From NCBI GenBank assembly GCA_037441845.1, contig JBBIRK010000001.1:561284-625283 (forward strand): a DNA stretch of 64,000 bases, written 5' to 3'. Position numbers and translations under genes: made by a program. The DNA is from Candidatus Zixiibacteriota bacterium. GTDB taxonomy: Bacteria > Zixibacteria > MSB-5A5 > UBA10806 > 4484-95. Below are positions 36,901 to 47,100 of this stretch, piece after piece. Under the pieces are notes generated by a model. That model saw nothing but the letters and a program-made list of their open reading frames with translations, ran no database searches and was not told the DNA's origin. The stretch's first letter is position 1; each line of letters starts with the position of its first letter.

Positions 36901-39094
36901 GGGTCTTCCCGACACAAGCACCCCCAACAACCTGATTGCCGTTTGGTGGGATGATATGAATCCCGACACGGGGGGCAGCGTCTATTACTATTTTGACGCG
37001 TCCAACAATTATTTCGTCGTAAGCTATATCGGCGTGCCGAGGTATTCGAGTTATGGATCCCACACTTTCCAAGCCATTCTGTATCCGAATGGAAAGATAA
37101 AGTTACAGTACGGCGTCATGGATCCTGGCGGTTATTACGAGGAACTCAGGAGCGCCACCATCGGCATCGAAAACTCTTCGGGAACCGATGGCTTGCAGGT
37201 CGTTTACAACGCCGACTACATGCACGACAGCCTGGCCATCGAGATCGATCGCGGCTGGCTGTTTGTATCCCCGGCTTCCGGAGTGGTTCCGCCGCACAGC
37301 AACCTGATCGCTCCCGTTACTTTCGATGGCACGTCTCTGAATATCGGCACCTATACCGGCACCGTCCATCTTTCCAGCAACGACAGTTTGAATCCCCTGG
37401 TGAATATCCCCGTGGTTTTCAATGTCGGCTCCGGCGGCACACCTAATATAGTTATCACACCGACCTCTTTTGCCGACAGCCTCGCCTCGGACAGCACGGT
37501 GAGTAAATCGCTTAAGACCAAAAACACCGGCACCGGCACTTTGGCGGTTACTTACAGCACCGCCAGTCCATGGATACAATTCAGCGGCGGGGCGCGCTAC
37601 ATTTCGCCGGGCGATAGTGTGCTGATAGATATCACGCTGAACAGCGCAGGGCTTAACCCCGGCACCTACAACGGCGCCATTCATTTCACCAGCAACGATC
37701 CGGATACTCCTTCGGGCGACCTTAACGTAACGCTGAAAGTATTCGAGCCGAACATCTCGGTTTCGCCATTGTCCATTGTCGATACGCTGGCTCCGGGATC
37801 GAGCGATGTCAAGCATTTGCTTATTAGTAATAGCGCTCGGGGCAATCTCGATTACACCATTACTTACACCATGTTCGGAAGGCGCAGGATCAGCGGCGGC
37901 GCGTCGTTTGCAAGCCGAACAGCGGAGGCCTCCTCGACCACGATACGCCATATAAATCCGGAACCGCTGAGATCCAAATCCGATCCCGAGACATATTACC
38001 CGCCGGTTATAAACAACAGCGGCGGCCCCGATGCTTTCGGTTATCGTTGGGTCGATTCAAACGAGCCCAACGGCCCGGTATATAACTGGGTAGACATAAG
38101 TTCGATCGGCGTTCCTATCGGCCCGCTCTATGACGACGATAATCAGGGCCCGTTCCCGATCGGCTTCAATTTCAATTTTTACGGCGGCGTTTACTCGACT
38201 TTCCAATTCTGTTCCAATGGATGGATATCATTCACCTCTACCTCGACAGCGTATTACAATTACGGCCTTCCCGATCCCTATGCACCGTTTGATCTGGTCG
38301 CACCGTTCTGGGACGACCTGTATTTCCCGGGCGGCGGCAACGCCTATTACTACACCAATAACATCGACAGCTTGGTTGTTTCCTGGGAAAATGTGCCGCA
38401 TTATTATATCGGAGGGCCATATACGTTCCAGTTGATCTTGCTCGGCAGCGGCAAGATGGTGTTCCAGTATCAGATGTTGAACGATCCCGACAGCTCGGCT
38501 ACGGTCGGAATTCAAAATTCGGATGCTTCGATCGGTCTTGAAGTGGTCTATAATGCCCCGTATCTGGTGAACAATCTGGCCGTCGAAATCCGGCCCGCTT
38601 GGCTGCTGGTCACTCCGACCGCCGGACGTGTCGATCCGTTTTCCAGCGACACCATTGATGTCGTTCTCGATGCCGGCGATCTCGACAATGGGACCTACAC
38701 CGGGCAGATCGACATCTTCTCCAACGATCCCGATGCCCCGACGATAACGATTCCCGTCACTCTGGTTGTCGGTGGTGGTGGCGGCGGCGAGTGCGACTAT
38801 GTCCAAGGTGACATTAATGGCGACGGTCAGCTGCTGGGAGGCGATGTCACCTTCGGCGTCCGTTATTTCAAGGGATTCGGTTTGCCGCCGCCGGACAGCT
38901 GTTATATGGACTCGATATCCGGGTATCTATATGTGGCCGGCGATGTGAACGGTAATTGCGAATTCCGCGGCTCGGACATCACCAGATTGGTGGGGTATTT
39001 CAAGGGGACGGCGGAATTGAGCTATTGTCATTTCTTCCCGCCGCCGCCGTTGAGACAGAACCGCGAAGCCGAAATTAAACCTATCGAGAAATAG
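33938..39094 (+). CDS. Multidomain S8 serine protease (bacillopeptidase F-like) with a dockerin-like C-terminus
   Basis: Triad MDTG / HGTHTMGT / SGTSMASPHV; propeptide; two CarboxypepD_reg-like domains; WEWG.P...YDGG...GWYIDDV beta-sandwich; two GGPD..G..W.DS modules; Ig-like domains; alternative ATG at 33932. Confidence 0.9.
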   Translation: MRTFKAFLAMLAVILLWLPAVAGTIDPYLAQKLEGSAKDAYHKVILMMAEQADIYALDQQLTAAKATLAERNRQVVTSLRTIATRTQGPVLAALADLESTGSVKNVINLWIANMIVFEGTADAIRQAASMNEVAMIYFDPPIELIEPVKAKPAPADRVITSHEIGLDRINAPAAWSLGFTGAGRVIANMDTGVDGNHPALASRFRGDVNGNGNYEESWFDPYDTHYPFPTDTHGHGTHTMGTICGRTPSGDTIGVAIDAQWIAAAPIDRGGGIGRTISDAVLSFQWIADPDGNPNTQDNPDAVGNSWGIPDGAGYPNCDQTFWVVIDNCEAAGTAVIFSAGNESTSGLRSPADRATTYYNCFSVGAVDGNDPNLPIAYFSALGPTECATGDLAIKPEVVAPGVDVRSSLPNNSYGYYSGTSMASPHVTGSCAVIRQANPNIDVNSMKNLLMLTATDLGPTGEENTYGHGIINLYLAVLMAAEGGYVEGYIRDAITSLPLPGRVRLVGGLVQTTAGADGHYLMFLPGDTTVTLEASYFGYLPLQYQVAVISDDTVTRDFALNLAPTAVLEGTVSAVGGGNIPNAVVQILDTPIAPETTDANGFYIFPTVPSGSAYRVQVNALGYGRGLDSIFVQYGQTNVLNFSLWPAQDFEITNGGYTGDGAWEWGTPTYGPSGAWSGAKCWGTVLGGTYPDYADDTLKSPPIMVTSPSARLEFYHWYAMESSYDGGNVGVSTDNGATWSVITPDGDYPDRDIGGFGYLEPGYTGNSGGWRSASFDLSSFYNQTIIIRWRFGTDGSVYDAGWYIDDVVLIGTTPPPPPHLSWSPSSFTVDAPPGVIEVRNLTLTNSGDGPLFFNLSTTTNNLLRIPVGQSSPQLNSQSQGEPLGYMAADKSKPGSIEEPYYPPVINNTGGPDAYGHTWIDSDEPNGPVFSWIDITGPGTPVNLYDDSYAGPFSIGFPFEFYGTSYNELYIGSNGILTFGSGSSSLGNTGLPDTSTPNNLIAVWWDDMNPDTGGSVYYYFDASNNYFVVSYIGVPRYSSYGSHTFQAILYPNGKIKLQYGVMDPGGYYEELRSATIGIENSSGTDGLQVVYNADYMHDSLAIEIDRGWLFVSPASGVVPPHSNLIAPVTFDGTSLNIGTYTGTVHLSSNDSLNPLVNIPVVFNVGSGGTPNIVITPTSFADSLASDSTVSKSLKTKNTGTGTLAVTYSTASPWIQFSGGARYISPGDSVLIDITLNSAGLNPGTYNGAIHFTSNDPDTPSGDLNVTLKVFEPNISVSPLSIVDTLAPGSSDVKHLLISNSARGNLDYTITYTMFGRRRISGGASFASRTAEASSTTIRHINPEPLRSKSDPETYYPPVINNSGGPDAFGYRWVDSNEPNGPVYNWVDISSIGVPIGPLYDDDNQGPFPIGFNFNFYGGVYSTFQFCSNGWISFTSTSTAYYNYGLPDPYAPFDLVAPFWDDLYFPGGGNAYYYTNNIDSLVVSWENVPHYYIGGPYTFQLILLGSGKMVFQYQMLNDPDSSATVGIQNSDASIGLEVVYNAPYLVNNLAVEIRPAWLLVTPTAGRVDPFSSDTIDVVLDAGDLDNGTYTGQIDIFSNDPDAPTITIPVTLVVGGGGGGECDYVQGDINGDGQLLGGDVTFGVRYFKGFGLPPPDSCYMDSISGYLYVAGDVNGNCEFRGSDITRLVGYFKGTAELSYCHFFPPPPLRQNREAEIKPIEK

Positions 39095-39117
39095 GAAATC
39101 GCGATCGGTGAAATCAT

Positions 39118-39151
39118 ACGGCCGGGCTGTTCGGTCCGGCCGTTTGTTTTT
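39118..39151 (+). terminator. Intrinsic terminator
   Basis: ACGGCCGGGC / GTCCGGCCGT stem followed by TTGTTTTT. Confidence 0.75.
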
Positions 39152-39253
39152 CTTGATTGCATATTTTGAAAACCGATGCCGGAGAAATTTTAACGCCCCT
39201 GTCATTCTTCGATGGCGTGAAGCCGTAATGGGTCGGTTCGCTCGGCGCAGATA

Positions 39254-40021
39254 TCAATTGTTGCGCTCGAATGCGAGACGTATGCCCTGCAGCGTAAGAT
39301 AGTCGTCGAAATCGCTAACGTTGCGTAGATGACCGCGGAAAATTTTGGCGAGCCCGCCTGTCGCCACCGCTTCTATTTCTGTCAACCCGAGCTCCGCGGC
39401 GATCTTTTCTATCATGAAATCGACGGCACCCACCGCACCCCAGAATATCCCCGACTGCATCGCCGTAGTCGTGTCATCGCCTATCGGTTTTTCCGGTTTT
39501 TTCAGCTCGACCGGATAAAGCCTGGCCGCCTTTTTGAACATATCTTGCGCTGCGCTCATTATCCCCGGCGCTATCGCGCCCCCCGCGAAATCACCATTGC
39601 CGTTGACGACATCGAATTTGGTCGCCGTTCCCATGTCCACCACGACCGAGGGAGCCCCGTAAATGGTCTTCGCCGCCAGCGCGTTCGCCAGCCGATCCGG
39701 TCCGGTTTGCTCGGGTCTGATATAAAGATTTTTCATTCCGATATCGGTCTTGTAGTCGAGCTGCCAGGGTTCTATGCCGAAAAAATCGAATGCCGTTTCA
39801 TAGTAAAGAGGACTTAACTGAGGCACAACCGAGCAGAAAGCGATGCTTTTTATTCCCGATTCCTCAGCCGGTCCCAAACCTAACTTGTCGGCTATCAGCG
39901 AGCCGAGAGCATCGGGATCATGGGGGACCGCCGAGGGGATCGAAAAAAAACCTTTCATCTCGTCTTCGACGAACAGCGCCCCCTTGGTGAAACTGTTTCC
40001 GATATCGATGACCAGAAGCAT
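39254..40021 (-). CDS. coaX: Type III pantothenate kinase
   Basis: MLLVIDIGNS..K, CSVVP, GPDRLAN, VVDMGTATKFD, GGAIAPG, ATGGLA, LTLQGI. Confidence 0.95.
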   Translation of the reverse strand: MLLVIDIGNSFTKGALFVEDEMKGFFSIPSAVPHDPDALGSLIADKLGLGPAEESGIKSIAFCSVVPQLSPLYYETAFDFFGIEPWQLDYKTDIGMKNLYIRPEQTGPDRLANALAAKTIYGAPSVVVDMGTATKFDVVNGNGDFAGGAIAPGIMSAAQDMFKKAARLYPVELKKPEKPIGDDTTTAMQSGIFWGAVGAVDFMIEKIAAELGLTEIEAVATGGLAKIFRGHLRNVSDFDDYLTLQGIRLAFERNN

Positions 40022-40022
40022 C

Positions 40023-41107
40023 TTATTCCTCCGTTATTTTCCCTCGATCCACCCGGAATCGCCGGCAAGGCATGCGGCTGAAATCCAGATTCCCCGCTGC
40101 GGCGATAAACACCTGGCGAAAATCGCCGAGCATCTCGAGCAAAGCCAGACTTTTGTCGCTGTCGAGTTCGGCGAAAGCCTCATCTAAAAGCAGAACAACA
40201 TCTCGACCACCAAATTCGGCCGCTTCGCCCGCCGCAGCCAGCATTATCGATATCATCGCGCACCTTTTTTGGCCGCGGGAGCCATAATGACGCAACGACT
40301 TGCCGCCGAGTTCGATACCGAGGCGGTCGCGGTGGGGCCCCACCAATGTCACTCCGGCCTTTAGTTCGCGCGCCCGGGCGGCCTGCAGATGGGCTCTTAA
40401 TTCACGTTGGGGATTGTCGCCGCAGACGGGATATTTGGGTGCGTAAAAGATATTTAACTCCGCCTTTTCGAATCGTTCATAACGATCGGCCGCCGCGGCC
40501 CTCATTTTTTCGACGAAAGCGGCGCGTTCTTCCATGATGCGAACGGCATCGCCAAGCAAAACCTCGTCCCAGGCCGCAAGCTGCTCTTCGCCGGCATTCC
40601 CGCGGGCGATCTGTTTCAAAAGCTTGTTTCTCTGGGCGAGCGCTTTTTGATAGGAGAAAAGGGTATCGAGATAGGCTCGATTCATCTGCGATAGATTCAA
40701 ATCGAAAAAGCGGCGATGATGCATCGACGGTCCGGCGGTCAGCGCGATATCCTCGGGGAAAATGAACGCCGCTGGAAGGGTTCCGAGAAGCTCGCCGGGT
40801 CGAAGTTGGCGGTAACCGTCGGCGACGATTTTCTTTCTGCCGCTGCGGTCGATCCGGATAGTTATTTCTACTTTTTTTTTATGTCGGAGATATTTCCCTT
40901 TATTTCCGCCAGTTCGCGCTCGAAAGCCACCATCTCGGAATCGCTGGCGCCGCGGCACGATTTCGATAAAGCGAACAAGCCGATCGCCTCGAGCAGATTC
41001 GTCTTGCCCGCGCCGTTCGGTCCGTGAAAAAGGTTGATCCCCGGGGCGAACCTGATCGTTTGCCCGACGAGATTACGGAAAGATTCTACGGTTATATCGA
41101 TCAACAT
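40023..41107 (-). CDS. recF: DNA replication/repair protein RecF, split across two frames at an A9 run (frameshifted gene or pseudogene)
   Basis: 41107-40868: SFRN, GPNGAGKTNLLEAI; -1 frame continues with FPEDIAL..GPS..RRFFD, QRNKLLK, GPHRD, GSRGQKR, LLLDEAFAELD; junction at T9 40872-40880. Confidence 0.92.
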
Positions 41108-41198
41108 CGGAATTATCCCGATCGTTCGACTTCGCAGATCGCGCTTAGATTCTGATGCGGAGAGCCGTTCTGTCGCCCTAATCGCAGTCTATTATGGG

Positions 41199-42314
41199 TC
41201 ATTCCATCAGCCGTAACGGCATCACCAGATAAAGCGAGATTTCGTCATCGGGTGACTTATTGGGTTTGATCACCGCGGCTGTCGTCGGGCTGTCCAGCTC
41301 GAACCGGGCCTCTTCGTCGTCGATAGCTTTCAGCACGTCGTGTATATAAGTGGCGTTGTAGCCGATATCCATCGGTTGAGCGCTGTATGAAACCTTGAGA
41401 TTTTCCCTCGCTTCGCCCCCGAAATCGAAATTCGCCGCGGTCAGCTCGAGCGTGTTTTCTTTAAGCGAAAACTTCACCTGATGCGTAAGCGAATTGGAGA
41501 GTATGGAAACCCTGCGCACCGCCGCCTGCAATAGATTTTTCTCGACCAGAAGAATTTTGTCGTTTCCTTGCGGCACGACCTGCTCATAATTCGGATACGG
41601 CCCCTCCAGCAAACGGCTGGTGATAACGGCGTCGCCCAACACGAACACTATCGACCCCTCGTTGAGAATAACGCCCACCTGTTCGACTTCGTCGCCCACC
41701 AACTTCACCAGGTTATCGAGCACTTTGGGGGGAACGATGATATCCTTGCGAGCTCCGCCGATCTTGATATCCTTGCGCAGCACCTTGGCCAGCCGATGAC
41801 CATCGGTGGCAACCAGACTCAATCCGTCCTCAGCCGATTGCCAGAGGACGCCGCCCAGCGCCGGACGTGTTTCTTCTTTCGAAATGGAAAACAATACTTT
41901 ACGTATCTGGCGGCAGAGCGCCTGGGCATCCACCTTGACTTGCCGGCCGAGATGAATCGCCGGCAGTTTGGGAAAATCCTCTGCGGCGAATCCCGATAGC
42001 TTGTATACGCCCGCCCCGCATTTGATCTCCATGCGGTTGTCCGTCGATGATATTTCGAGATCGTAGTCGGGCAATTCCCTTACGATATCCGAAAACACCC
42101 GTGCCGGCACGGCGATACTTCCTTTTTTGAGCACTTCCACCTCGACCAACGACGTCATCGAAACGTCCAGGTCGGTTACTTTGAGTTCGAGCTTATCGCC
42201 CTCGAGATCGAAAAGAATGTTCGATAAAATCGGCAAGGTGGATTTCGGTGGCACGATGCTTTGCAGTTTGGAAACGGCGCCGCCCAGTTTACTCTTATTG
42301 GTCCTGAACCTCAT
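41199..42314 (-). CDS. dnaN: DNA polymerase III beta clamp
   Basis: TLPILSNIL, TDLD, EDFP, ATDGHRLA, RLLEGPYPNYEQVVP, YLVMPLRL; GGAGG RBS before ATG 42314. Confidence 0.97.
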   Translation of the reverse strand: MRFRTNKSKLGGAVSKLQSIVPPKSTLPILSNILFDLEGDKLELKVTDLDVSMTSLVEVEVLKKGSIAVPARVFSDIVRELPDYDLEISSTDNRMEIKCGAGVYKLSGFAAEDFPKLPAIHLGRQVKVDAQALCRQIRKVLFSISKEETRPALGGVLWQSAEDGLSLVATDGHRLAKVLRKDIKIGGARKDIIVPPKVLDNLVKLVGDEVEQVGVILNEGSIVFVLGDAVITSRLLEGPYPNYEQVVPQGNDKILLVEKNLLQAAVRRVSILSNSLTHQVKFSLKENTLELTAANFDFGGEARENLKVSYSAQPMDIGYNATYIHDVLKAIDDEEARFELDSPTTAAVIKPNKSPDDEISLYLVMPLRLME

Positions 42315-42564
42315 TTTTCCTCCACAGCTTAACCGGGCACCCATTATCGGTTTGAGTCCCTTGAAGCCATCCTTGAAAGCTGGAATCAAATTCTGCGGCG
42401 TATATTATCTATGAAATTAGCTCGTCTGTCAATCAAATATTGGTTTGCCCGGATTCGCCCGCTGCGCCGCGGCATAGTCTTTCCGTACCCAAATCTCTTG
42501 CGCGATAGCCGCCGATAATTTACAATAATGACAGTCGGAAAAATTGATGATGAAAGGATCAGCC

Positions 42565-43365
42565 ATGAGGTTTTTGAAAAATTTATTCGCCATAATTATC
42601 GCTTTGCTGGTTTTCGCCTGCGCCACCGTGCCGGTCACTGGCCGCCGCCAGCTGAGCTTAATCCCCGCCGGCCAGATAAATGCCATGAGCTTCAATCAAT
42701 ACGCCGAATTCCTCAAGAGCGCAAAACTGTCCAGCGATCAACAGCAAACCGCCATGGTGCGCGCCGTGGGCGCCAGAATCCAAGCGGCCGTCGAGCAATA
42801 CTTCGCCGCCAAGAATATGTCAGCGGAGCTTAAAGGTTACCAATGGGAATTCAATCTCGTCGAGGATCCGGCGGTTAACGCCTGGTGTATGCCCGGCGGC
42901 AAGGTGGTGGTTTATACCGGAATCCTGCCGGTAACCCAAGACGAGACTGGTTTGGCGGTGGTTATGGGACACGAAATCGCGCATGCGATCGCCAACCACG
43001 GCAACGAACGCATGAGTCAAGGATTGTTGACGCAGATGGGCGGCATGGCTTTGGCCAAAGCACTCGAGGAGAAGCCGCAGCAGACGCAGAATCTTTTCCT
43101 GGCGGCTTTCGGTATCGGCGCCCAGATCGGCGTCCTGTTGCCTTACAGCCGCCTGCACGAATCCGAGGCCGACCATCTCGGTCTGATTTTTATGGCGATG
43201 GCTGGATATGATCCGCATGGAGCGGTCGATTTCTGGAAGCGGATGGCCGCTCAGTCCAAAGGAGCGCCGCCCGAGTTTTTAAGCACCCATCCATCCGATG
43301 AAATTAGGATCAAGAAGTTGCAGGAATTGATCCCCGAAGCGATGACCTATTATAAGCCTCGATAG
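42565..43365 (+). CDS. M48 family metallopeptidase lipoprotein
   Basis: Lipobox VFAC, VPVTGRRQL, NAWCMPGGK, HEIAH, ESEAD, FLSTHP. Confidence 0.93.
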   Translation: MRFLKNLFAIIIALLVFACATVPVTGRRQLSLIPAGQINAMSFNQYAEFLKSAKLSSDQQQTAMVRAVGARIQAAVEQYFAAKNMSAELKGYQWEFNLVEDPAVNAWCMPGGKVVVYTGILPVTQDETGLAVVMGHEIAHAIANHGNERMSQGLLTQMGGMALAKALEEKPQQTQNLFLAAFGIGAQIGVLLPYSRLHESEADHLGLIFMAMAGYDPHGAVDFWKRMAAQSKGAPPEFLSTHPSDEIRIKKLQELIPEAMTYYKPR

Positions 43366-43576
43366 CCGATTAGTCGATACGCCGGCTCCGCCGCGCAAGA
43401 CGATTCGTCGATTTCGCACTATCGAACGAGCTCGGGAAGCAGTGTTCTGCACGAAGATCCAACGGCCGTTGGACGAAAAAATAAGGCGTCGGGTGTTCGC
43501 CTCGACGCCCATAACTTTCATAGCTTGATATTTTCGATTAGTTGATTCCTGATATTTGTTTCTTATTAGCATCCAA

Positions 43577-43984
43577 TTACTTTGCGCATTTCTCAGTCAC
43601 GAAAGGCACATATTTTTTATCCAGGCCCTTTATGTGATTTATCAACCAATTGTTGAGAAAAAGCAATATGTCAGTTGCGACGCCGAGTTTGCCGGAATCG
43701 AAATCTTTTTTGAAACCCGTAACCTTTTGTACGAAATCATCGTGGATTTTCTTGTGAGAAACGGCTTCCGGAAATCCGCAGTTAGAAAACAAGCGTTCTT
43801 CCGATTTGAAATGATACTTGGTGTAACTGTCAAGCTCGGTGGTTATTTTCCCGAGAATATCTTTGCCTTTGCCCTGGCGCATGGCTTCGTTAAGTTCATC
43901 GATTAACGATAATAGCTTGCGGTGCTGTTGATCTATTTCATCGATTCCCAATTTCAGGGCGTCGGACCATTGCGTAGGCCCCAT
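43577..43984 (-). CDS. Bacteriohemerythrin
   Basis: W...GIDEIDQQH, HFKSEE, HKKIH, WLINHI...D. Confidence 0.93.
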   Translation of the reverse strand: MGPTQWSDALKLGIDEIDQQHRKLLSLIDELNEAMRQGKGKDILGKITTELDSYTKYHFKSEERLFSNCGFPEAVSHKKIHDDFVQKVTGFKKDFDSGKLGVATDILLFLNNWLINHIKGLDKKYVPFVTEKCAK

Positions 43985-44106
43985 GTTTCTACCCTCCTCT
44001 TGACGCAGTTAGTCTTGATATTTTCGCTTTTTTTATCGGCAAGTAATAATGAATTTTTATTTGGCTCGCTTAAAAAAGGGAATCTTGACCCAACGCTTTT
44101 TTCCAT

Positions 44107-44141
44107 AAAAAAACGCCCCGATCTTTCGGGGCGTCTTTTTT
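44107..44141. terminator. Bidirectional-looking intrinsic terminator after the minus-strand S8 gene
   Basis: ACGCCCCGA / TCGGGGCGT stem flanked by A and T tracts. Confidence 0.8.
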
Positions 44142-44161
44142 CTTTCTTGACTATCAATCGA

Positions 44162-47100
44162 TTACTTCAACATCACCATCTTACGTGCGATCGAATTGTC
44201 GCCCGAAGACAGTCTGTAGAAATAGATACCCGAGCCGACCGAGCCGCCCTCTTCGTTCCGGCCGTCCCAGATCACCTTATGCACACCGGCCGCCATTTCA
44301 CGATTGACCAGCGTTTTCACTTTCCTGCCCACGATATCGAAAATTTCCAGTTTCACTGGGCCGGCTGTCGGCAGCCCGAACGAAATCTCTGTCGTCGGGT
44401 TGAAAGGATTCGGGTAATTCTGGGCCAACGAGAACACCGCCGGCAGCGCACCGTCGTTCTCGGCGATATCGGTTCTCACCACCTGCAACGTGCATGGCAC
44501 CGACACCGATTGATGATCGGGATCGTTGGTGATGATCTGGATACTGCCCGTGTACATCCCAACCGGCAGTTCCGAAGCGTCGAACGTGACGTTTATGGTT
44601 CCGCTTTCGTTGGGGAATATAGCGCCGGCGCGCGGATCGATGGTCAGCCAGAACACCGGGTATCTGATTTCGACGGCCAATTCATTCGTCAGATAATCCT
44701 GGTTGAACGCCACCTGCAAGCCGACGCTGCCGTTGCTGTTCTGGATACCGGTCGTGCTGCTGTTTACCGGGCTGTTCACGGTTTGATACTGGAACACTAT
44801 TTTGCCGCTCGCCAGCAGAATTATCTGGAACGTATAAGGCCCGCCGGTGCCGAAATGTGGAACGTCGTGCCAGGAAACGATAAGCGAATCGCCGGTCGAA
44901 AGGTAATATGCCGTGCCGGCGGTGGCGAACGTAAGATCATCCCAGAACGGTGCGATAAGGTTGTATGGTTCGGGTGTGCTCGGCAATACCCGATTGCTGT
45001 AGGTCGTTACCGTCGAGGTGAAACTGATCCACCCATTCGTGCAAAATCTGAAAGTCGAGAACTCGTTTCCATAGAACGGGAAATTGAATCCGATATCGAA
45101 CGGTCCGACGTTCGTATCGTCGCCGAGTCCGGGTATCGGATTGCCTCTCGTGGTGATATCTATCCAGCTGTAATCAGGCCCCTGAGGTTCGTTCGAGTCG
45201 ATCCAGCGGTAACCAAACCCATCGGGCCCGCCGAAATCGGTGATCGAGCCGTCGTCGAAGCTGTAATTACGATCGGCCTTTTCTCCTGCGTAATCATAGT
45301 AGGTGAGATCGCCGACTTCATGCTTAACAATGTCGTTGGTATTTTCGTCGTCCGGATATGAAATCGGGTTGCCGCGCAGACGACCGTCGGTGAGAACATA
45401 AGCCGAATAGTTGAGCAAACCGGGACCCCCGTTGGTCAAAACCAGCGGTCGAGTCACCGTCGAGCCGGAATCGAGCACGACATTGAACGAGGTTGGGTTG
45501 ATACCGGTGAGCGAGGGCTCGAGCGCTCCCCAGTTGATTCCGCCGTTGAGCACAACGCCGTCGATAAACCAACCATCGCGGGTGACCGACCCATCGGTGC
45601 CGAATCTGAATCTGAATTTGACCGTCTGGCCGACATAAGCCCCAACCTGGAACACCGCCTGCAGCCATCCGTTCGATGCGTTGGTATAGCCGGGCTCTTG
45701 TTCCAGGCCGGTTATTTGATCATCGGGGTAGCCGCCGTCAGGATCCAAAACCTGCCAGGTGGCGCCGCCGTCAACGCTTATCGCCAAATTACCGCCGTCG
45801 TAGCTGTTCTCGAAATTGTACCAGTGGTAAAACGTAAATGTGGCGTTGGAGTCGGTGATCGAAAATGTGGTCGTGTATAGGGTATCATCTGCATTGTTGC
45901 TATAGCTTCCCGCAAGCCTGTCGGCCCACACGTTGCTTCCGTCGTATGCCTGTCCCGGTCCCGCGCTCGGGGCGCCCCATTCCCAGCCGCCGGTTCCGAC
46001 CCAGCCGCCGTTGTTTACCTCGAACGATTCAAGCTCTTGCAAGTAGAAATCCGCACTTACAGTGTCGTTTACAGGCACAAAAAGCGTCGTCCTACCCGAA
46101 CCGTGACCGGCTGCCGATGCCTGGATCGTGTAGTTACTGCCGCCCGGAATGTTGGTGAAGATGTAATATCCGTTGCTGTTCGTGGTGACCGGATCCAGGG
46201 GCGTGCCCACAACTGTCAACTGCGCACCGGCGATCGGGGTGGAATCGGTTTCTTTCACGTAGCCGTCCACGAAACCGTAAGGAGCCGGCGTTAAAACGAA
46301 GTTTTCCATGACCGTGTCATCTTCGGTGATTGTCACCGTGGCGCTGTCCGGAACATGTCCGAAATATTCCGCCACCAAGTTGTAGGTGGTATCGGCGGGC
46401 AGCCCCATGAAGTATGCGCCGTTGGCGTTCGTGGTTACCCGGCGCGGGCTGTTTACCACGGATACTGAGGCGCCGGCAATCGGCCGCTGCTGCAGGTCTC
46501 TGACATAGCCGGTGACATAGCCATAGCCGCTTTGAGCAACCAAACAGGCCTCATACAGATCGATTATTCCATGGCCGTAAAGATTGTCTTCGCCGTTGGG
46601 GCTGCTGAACGGCAGATCACGGGCAGTGCTCATCAGAATCTCTTTTATGGCATCCACGTCAAGGTTGGGATTCACCTGCCGAATGACAGCAACCGAGCCG
46701 GTCACGTGCGGCGATGCCATCGAGGTGCCGCTCATAGTTTGATAGCCGCCGCTGGGCGCCGCGCTGCGGACGTTCACTCCAGGCGCCACTACCTCGGGCT
46801 TGATCGCCAGATTTCCGGAGGCGCAGAGAGATGGTCCTCTCGATGAGAACGATGCAAGGGGCAACTGAGGATTCGAGCCGTCAACCGCGCCTACAGAGAA
46901 ACAGTTGTAAAGAGTGGTTGCCCGGGCCGCCGGTGAGCGCAAACCCTGGGTCGATTCGTTCCCCGCGGAAAACACGACGACCGTTCCGGCTGCCTCACAG
47001 TTGTCGATCACGCGCCAGAACGTGGTGTCGCACTGATGAGCGTAACTCTGCGGAATTCCCCACGAATTGCCGACCGCATCAGGGTTGTCCTGAGTATTGG

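Noticed and set aside
40023..40958. Independent 311-aa protein as listed in the ORF track
   Set aside because: Its first roughly 25 residues are out-of-frame recF sequence; it is the C-terminal part of the frameshifted recF.
43922..45361. 479-aa plus-strand ORF
   Set aside because: Antisense shadow of the S8 gene that runs through its terminator; no recognisable motifs.
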